Positions 58,627-64,000 of a stretch of DNA of 64,000 nt are shown here, in pieces. Numbering within the stretch: the stretch's first letter is position 1; the number at the start of each line of letters is the position of its first letter. The position numbers and the translations under genes were made by a program. The stretch lies in assembly GCA_963675495.1 (NCBI GenBank), contig OY776215.1:2272001-2336000 (forward strand), in the 5' to 3' direction. The notes below the pieces were generated by a model that had not been told where the DNA came from, did not search any database, and saw only the letters and a program-made list of their open reading frames with translations. The stretch is from an uncultured Methanolobus sp. (lineage in GTDB: Archaea > Halobacteriota > Methanosarcinia > Methanosarcinales > Methanosarcinaceae).

Positions 58627-59754
58627 ATGAAATTCCTTATTTTCGTATGTGGAGAGGGTCTGGGACACACCGGCAGATGTATCTCGCTGGCAAATGAGTT
58701 GCTGGCTGCAGGGCATAGTGTACACATTGGTGCATATGGTTATTCTAAAGAGCTGATCGAAAAGTCAGGCCATAAGGCAACAGAGATTCCGCAGGAACTT
58801 CAGCTAGCAGGAAAGAATGGTTCTCTGGACTTGAAAAGTTCCATATTGTTAACAGTAAAAAGCATTTCTCCTGATAAAATAAGGACGGTTCAGAACCTGC
58901 TTAAAAAAACCAACCCGGATTTTGTTATCTCAGATGGCTACTATCTGGGTATCATTGCTGCAAAACTGAAAGGCGTGCATAGGTCTATGATAGTGAACCA
59001 GTCCAGTATGCAGGACTTTTTCAAGGGCAAAGGGTTTGCCGTAGGATTGGCAGGGTCTGTTGTCAAAGGATTCTATACGTGGATCTATAATAACATAGAC
59101 ATAATCTTCGTCCCTGACTTCTCTCCTCCATTTACAATATGTGGCTCTAACCTTGCGTTTCCTTTGGGAGTTGAGAAGAAAGTTGAGTTCAGTGGACCTG
59201 TATTAAGAAAAAGATTCGATGAAGTGGTCCCAAAGGAAAATGTAAAAAGACCCCATGTACTTTGCAGTATCGGGGGCTTTGGATATCGTCTCCAGATATT
59301 CAAAACCATAATTAAAGCTGCAGCAATGGATCAGAATATCAATTACACTCTAATAGGAGGCCCGGATCTTGATTACGATGTGCTGGAAAATGTGCCTGAG
59401 AATGTGGACATTTGCAGGTTTGTGGCAGATCCGTTCCCTTACTACAGATCAAGTGACCTTATTATTTGTACAGGAGGGCATGGAACGCTTACAGAGTCCC
59501 TTAGCTTTGGATTACCGGTCATTTCCTTCCCGGATCAGTCACATAATGAGCAGGAGAACAATGCCAGTCTTTTAGAAAAGAATGGATGTGGGCTGGCATT
59601 TTCATACTCTGCATCTCCTGGTGAATTAATGGATTCAATTCATTTTCTTATAAATGATGAAAAATTCAGGTCAAACACGTCTGAATTGAAAAAGCAGGCA
59701 CAACTAATGGATGGTCCTGCTTATATCAGAAAAAGACTGGAAAAATATGGGTGA
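58627..59754 (+). CDS. GT-B glycosyltransferase (MJ1255/MurG-like family), paralog
   Basis: CGEGLGHTGR, GGHGTLTES, HNEQENNA. Confidence 0.88.
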   Translation: MKFLIFVCGEGLGHTGRCISLANELLAAGHSVHIGAYGYSKELIEKSGHKATEIPQELQLAGKNGSLDLKSSILLTVKSISPDKIRTVQNLLKKTNPDFVISDGYYLGIIAAKLKGVHRSMIVNQSSMQDFFKGKGFAVGLAGSVVKGFYTWIYNNIDIIFVPDFSPPFTICGSNLAFPLGVEKKVEFSGPVLRKRFDEVVPKENVKRPHVLCSIGGFGYRLQIFKTIIKAAAMDQNINYTLIGGPDLDYDVLENVPENVDICRFVADPFPYYRSSDLIICTGGHGTLTESLSFGLPVISFPDQSHNEQENNASLLEKNGCGLAFSYSASPGELMDSIHFLINDEKFRSNTSELKKQAQLMDGPAYIRKRLEKYG

Positions 59755-59781
59755 TATGTAAAATATGAATCATGCGTCAGT

Positions 59782-60301
59782 TCATATCCGTATTAATAGC
59801 TCCATAAATTTGGTCAATTCCTCGTGATTCTGCAGAACAATATCTGCATGTACAAGCTCTTTTCTATCAAGATGTGTGGGCAGCCCTACAGAAAAAACCC
59901 CTGCATTTTTAGCAGATGTGACACCAAGTATGGCATTTTTTATAACGATGCATTTCTCATTTTCAGTTCCCAGCATCTTCACATCTTTATTATAAGGGTC
60001 TGGGACTGGTTTGCCGTTGATGGTGTCATCACCGTTGACAATTACATCAAAAGTTTCCGGGAAACATTTGTCCATCATGTTTTCCACGGTAGTTCTGTCT
60101 GAACTGGGAACAATGGAAAGTTCAAATCTCTTTTTCAATGAATGAAGACATATATCCATTTCCTTGAACATGGTAACAGCATATCTTTCAAAGATCGATA
60201 CCTATTCCTTTTTCCATAAAAGCAATTTTCCAGGCTATTGCATGCTGGTGCATTGAATCAATTAGCACGCCATCCATATCAAATATCAGGGCTTCGATCA
60301 C
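59782..60301 (-). pseudogene. Disrupted HAD phosphatase (beta-PGM-like)
   Basis: GTG 60301 gives MIEALIFDMDGVLIDSMHQHAIAWK...GIDL* (stop 60188-60190). The C-terminal part is in another frame (GKPVPDPY, CIVIKNAILGV), with the catalytic E replaced by K and the middle missing. Confidence 0.8.
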
Positions 60302-60466
60302 ATTCAAGAACAGGGTAAATTTGCATATTTAATTAATCGAGGGAATTAATATAGATTTGTGATGGATTATAATATCTATATAGTGATTATATTTAGTTAT
60401 CTTTGGATTTTCTTTTCTTGATTGTGATTAATAAAAGATTTTTAAACCTCAGGGTAATCTATTATT

Positions 60467-61051
60467 ATGGATAAAATGGGAGCCATTTTTGCAATGCTGG
60501 TAATAGCTAGTGTAGTAATTGTTATGTGGTTTATATATGGGGTGTATGTTTCTATGGCATCAGAACAAGTGGAATACGATGTAATTAATGAATTAGACAA
60601 TGATGTGGAAATACGACAGTACAGGGAAGTAACTGTGATATCAACAGTAGCAGACGATTCCGGAAAGGCTTTTTCAAGGCTTGCGGGCTATATTTCGGGT
60701 ACTAATAAAGAAAACTTGAAAATAAATATGACTGCACCTGTGCTTTCCACAAAGGATAAATTGTCTGTCAATCTGTCCTTTGTGCTGCCGTCTGGTTACA
60801 ATATGAGCAATGTTCCTGAGCCAGAAAGAAGTGATATTTCAATTCATACTATTCCTTCCCGGAAAGTGGCAGCAATAAAGTTCCCGGGTTACGCCAATGA
60901 TGCTGCAATTGAAAATAACAAGGCTATTCTCATGGCTCAGCTAGATGAGCATGGTCTGGTTACTAAAGGGGACTTTTTCCTGATGCGTTATAATCCTCCA
61001 TGGATACCTCCAGCTCTTATGCGCAATGAAGTCGCTATTGAGGTGGAATGA
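60467..61051 (+). CDS. SOUL heme-binding protein
   Basis: VEIRQY, AFSRLAGYISG, INMTAPV, YNPPW..RNEV. Confidence 0.9.
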   Translation: MDKMGAIFAMLVIASVVIVMWFIYGVYVSMASEQVEYDVINELDNDVEIRQYREVTVISTVADDSGKAFSRLAGYISGTNKENLKINMTAPVLSTKDKLSVNLSFVLPSGYNMSNVPEPERSDISIHTIPSRKVAAIKFPGYANDAAIENNKAILMAQLDEHGLVTKGDFFLMRYNPPWIPPALMRNEVAIEVE

Positions 61052-62434
61052 TTGGTAAAAAAATACAAGCGTTCTCTTTTCATATTCAGGCGTGACCTTC
61101 GTGTGGACGATAACACTACTTTGAACAAGGCACTGGAATTCTCTGATGAGGTGATTCCTTGTTTTATATTCGACCCGAGGCTTGCGGACGAGAAAAGGAA
61201 ATATTTTAATTACAATTCTTTCCAGTTCCTGCTGGAAAGCCTGGAAGACCTTAAAGTACAATTGGAATTAATTGGTGGGAGGCTGTTCATTTTCTCCGCC
61301 CTACCTGAAAATGTCATTGTGGAGCTTAAGCAAAACAATGGTATTGATGCTGTCTTCTTCAACAAGGACTATACCCCATTTAGCAGGAAGAGAGACTATC
61401 TAATAAATGTGGCATGTGCTGATGCAGGAATCGATGCAATAAGTTTTCATGATGCTCTCCTTCATGAGCCGGGCACTGTGCTTACTAATGAAGGAAAACC
61501 TTATCGTGTGTTCTCCCAGTTCTTCAGGAAAGCTTCAAAAATAGAAGTACCTCTGCCGGTTACGCAAGAAGGGGGAAGATTTTATTCTCATAATCTGGGG
61601 CAGAAGGAGATCAAGCTTTCAGACTTCTCTTCCCTTAGCAAAAATCAGTTCCTCTTTACCAAAGGTGGCAGAAGCTATGCTCTATCTGTTTTGCAGGAAC
61701 TTCGGGATTACAGAAATTATGATGATGAACGTAATTTTCCATCAATACAGGGGACGACCGGGCTATCAGCACACAATAAACTAGGTACCGTCTCAATACG
61801 GGAATTCTATCATTATGTTAGGGATGAGCTGGATGTGGGTCATACTCTTATTAATGAACTTCACTGGCGTGACTTTTTCACTCACATTGCCATCGATTTT
61901 CCTTATGTTTTCCAGAAGGCTTTCAAACAAAAGTTCGATGCTCTTTCATGGTCTGATAATAAAGAACTCTTTGATGCGTGGTGCAAAGGGCAAACTGGCT
62001 TCCCGATCGTCGATGCTGGCATGAGGGAGTTGAACACTACCGGGTATATGCATAATCGTGTAAGGATGATAGTCGCTTCCTTTCTTGTGAAGGATCTGCA
62101 TATCGACTGGCGCTGGGGAGAGAGGTATTTTGCAAGCAAGCTTGTGGACTATGATCCCTCTGTGAATAATGGTAACTGGCAGTGGGCAGCATCTACTGGT
62201 GCAGATTCACAGCCATACTTCCGTATTTTTAACCCATGGACCCAGCAGAAGAGGTTCGATCCTGAATGTCTGTATATTAAAAAATGGATTCCTGAGTTGG
62301 CAGATGTTCCTCTTAAAACAATTCATTCCCTGAACACAGGGCAACAGCTTCTGGGAGTGGATTATCCACAGCCGGTCGTAGATCATTCTAAGGAGAGGAA
62401 TGCAGCACTTGTGGCATTCAAGTCTGTAGGCTGA
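61052..62434 (+). CDS. phrB: Deoxyribodipyrimidine photolyase (class I-like)
   Basis: FRRDLRVDDN, TGFPIVDAGMREL, MHNRVRMIVASFL, DYD..NNGNWQW, FRIFNP. Confidence 0.93.
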   Translation: MVKKYKRSLFIFRRDLRVDDNTTLNKALEFSDEVIPCFIFDPRLADEKRKYFNYNSFQFLLESLEDLKVQLELIGGRLFIFSALPENVIVELKQNNGIDAVFFNKDYTPFSRKRDYLINVACADAGIDAISFHDALLHEPGTVLTNEGKPYRVFSQFFRKASKIEVPLPVTQEGGRFYSHNLGQKEIKLSDFSSLSKNQFLFTKGGRSYALSVLQELRDYRNYDDERNFPSIQGTTGLSAHNKLGTVSIREFYHYVRDELDVGHTLINELHWRDFFTHIAIDFPYVFQKAFKQKFDALSWSDNKELFDAWCKGQTGFPIVDAGMRELNTTGYMHNRVRMIVASFLVKDLHIDWRWGERYFASKLVDYDPSVNNGNWQWAASTGADSQPYFRIFNPWTQQKRFDPECLYIKKWIPELADVPLKTIHSLNTGQQLLGVDYPQPVVDHSKERNAALVAFKSVG

Positions 62435-62536
62435 TAGTTTCTACAACTTTGATTTTTTCCATTGTTTTTCTATTTTCAATTCAAAAAATACTTATTTATT
62501 GAAACAGCTAACACAGTAAAGACTGAGAGGGTTGAT

Positions 62537-62989
62537 ATGAGCAAAGAACTGGTCAGGAGAATATTTGATAAGCATCTTGAACATGATTGTTTTTTTGATA
62601 AAAAGGCAATTAATGCTGTTGAAGATTCCTCTTCTGTGACGTTTAATACTCTGCCAAACAAGGCCATAAGAGTTATTCACTTTAAAAAAGGGATAAATCC
62701 TTCTAAACTGGGAAAAATATTGGGTGTTGGGAAAAGTACCATTACTTCTACGATAGATACCCTTGAAAAAAATGACCTTGTCATTAGAAAAAACGACCCG
62801 GATGATATGAGAAAACAGATAATCTCACTGACTCCTGCCGGGGAGAACTATCATTTGGAGCTTATGGATATAATTACAGAGCGAGTTGCTTTGCTTTCGG
62901 ATTCTTGTGGGATCAGTGAATCAGAACTTGGAGAGTATCATGAGCATCTGTCTCAAATGGTTTCCATTCTGGACAAGCATATTTCCTAG
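62537..62989 (+). CDS. MarR family transcriptional regulator
   Basis: KSTITSTIDTLEKNDLVIR..DPDDMRK..ISLTPAG. Start ATG 62537 after GAGG. Confidence 0.9.
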   Translation: MSKELVRRIFDKHLEHDCFFDKKAINAVEDSSSVTFNTLPNKAIRVIHFKKGINPSKLGKILGVGKSTITSTIDTLEKNDLVIRKNDPDDMRKQIISLTPAGENYHLELMDIITERVALLSDSCGISESELGEYHEHLSQMVSILDKHIS

Positions 62990-63150
62990 TACTTTTTTGT
63001 AGTTTCCTGAACTCGATGGTTTTATAATTATTTCAGTGATCTGTTATGTATTTCTCTATTTTAGATTACATATGTTAAATTTAATAGTTTTTTAGTTCAC
63101 ACTGAGAACACAATTCTTTCTTTTACAATTCCATCTGTAAACCAATTAGC

Positions 63151-63177
63151 TTATATAATAGTTCATATATGAACTAT
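63151..63177 (+). promoter_or_regulatory. TATA box followed by a perfect 20-bp palindrome (putative MarR operator)
   Basis: TTATATA at 63151-63157, then ATAGTTCATATATGAACTAT at 63158-63177. Confidence 0.7.
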
Positions 63178-63225
63178 GTTGTAGATTCAATTGTCATAAA
63201 TCAAGTAATATTGAGTAGTGGTGTT

Positions 63226-64000
63226 ATGAACATAAAATATATGTCAAAAAGAGCATTTTTCTTATCCATGCTGATGCTTGTGTTATTTGCCTTTACTGTT
63301 TCCTCAGTTTCGGCAAATGATTCAGAAGTCAGTGATGTGACCAGAACACTACCTGATTCAGTTACACCAAACACTGTATTTACTGTGGTACTGGATATTG
63401 AAGGTAGTACTCCGCTAGTTGTTGGGATTGTTGAAAACATTCCTCAGGGATTGTCTTTCCCGGATGATGACGAAGATATAAGTTCTTCATGTGATTTCAC
63501 AGTAGACCGGAATAATATGACAATCGCTTTTTCAGTAATAGATGTTGATACAATAAGTTACAATCTGGTTTCTTCTTCAACGGGTGTTTATGATTTTTCA
63601 GGCCAATGGGTTGATCTGCTTTACCAGGATGTAGAGATTGATGACTCTGCAGAGCGTCTGGATGAACTAAGTGGGGATAGTGTTTTTGAAGTTGCAGAAA
63701 ACTCCGTCACCGATTCAGATAGCAATTCCGGTAGTAGTTTTTCCGGAAGCAGCACTGGCTCCAGCTTACCGGCAGTTCCGGCAGATGGAACTGAAACAAC
63801 AGAAGTTGTCACAGTAGATATGAGTGCAGCATCTGAGGATGAAAAAGATGTTCTAAAGAACACAGATGAGTCAGGTGAAGGTGTTGAAGATGGTACCGGA
63901 AGTTCTGCTGATAAGTCTGCAGAAAGCAATGCAGGTGTGGAAAGCTCTGTAAACTCTGCTCCTGGTTTTAGTATTGCATTGAGCTGTCTCGCATTCGTGC
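63226..64000 (+). CDS. PGF-CTERM cell-surface protein; 3' end runs off the window
   Basis: Manual translation MNIKYMSKRAFFLSMLMLVLFAFTVSSVSA-NDSEV..., acidic S/D/E linker, ...NSAPGFSIALSCLAFV. Confidence 0.85.
   Translation, partial: MNIKYMSKRAFFLSMLMLVLFAFTVSSVSANDSEVSDVTRTLPDSVTPNTVFTVVLDIEGSTPLVVGIVENIPQGLSFPDDDEDISSSCDFTVDRNNMTIAFSVIDVDTISYNLVSSSTGVYDFSGQWVDLLYQDVEIDDSAERLDELSGDSVFEVAENSVTDSDSNSGSSFSGSSTGSSLPAVPADGTETTEVVTVDMSAASEDEKDVLKNTDESGEGVEDGTGSSADKSAESNAGVESSVNSAPGFSIALSCLAFV

Overview
Chromosomal window of a methanogenic archaeon. Methanosarcinaceae (Methanolobus/Methanococcoides-like) is inferred from the archaeal ThrRS, PAN, FmdE, FlaD/E domain, class III pilin and PGF-pre-PGF/PGF-CTERM surface proteins. 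Layout: (1-14.4 kb) an AT-rich surface-glycan island with a pseudaminic-acid pathway (pseB, pseC, PseH-like, cytidylyltransferase, pseI) plus tailoring enzymes, two GT4s, a nucleotidyltransferase-kinase fusion and a flippase. (15.4-24.5 kb) Core genes: SudBA/NfnAB, PAPS-reductase-like, AI-2E, thrS, acyP, thiI. (24.9-30.3 kb) A very long FlaD/E protein, duplicated DUF4870 genes and a pilin. (30.7-39.7 kb) ACT/UPF0210, aroK, a metal ABC transporter with a methyltransferase and FmdE, tRNA-Glu and PAN. (40-44 kb) A Gln-rich winged-helix protein with a structured leader, a DUF131 pair, uvrB and tRNA-Gly. (44.1-47.4 kb) A decayed integrative element with an integrase remnant and orphan cargo genes. 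(47.5-64 kb) Surface proteins, SIMPL, paired glycosyltransferases, a HAD pseudogene, SOUL plus photolyase, MarR and a partial PGF-CTERM gene. The most unusual signals are the twin UGAGGG-loop hairpins with a coupled uORF upstream of the Q-rich wHTH gene, the tRNA-Gly island cargo, and the NPF-repeat FlaD/E protein. All family assignments come from motif recognition by eye; no database searches were run.
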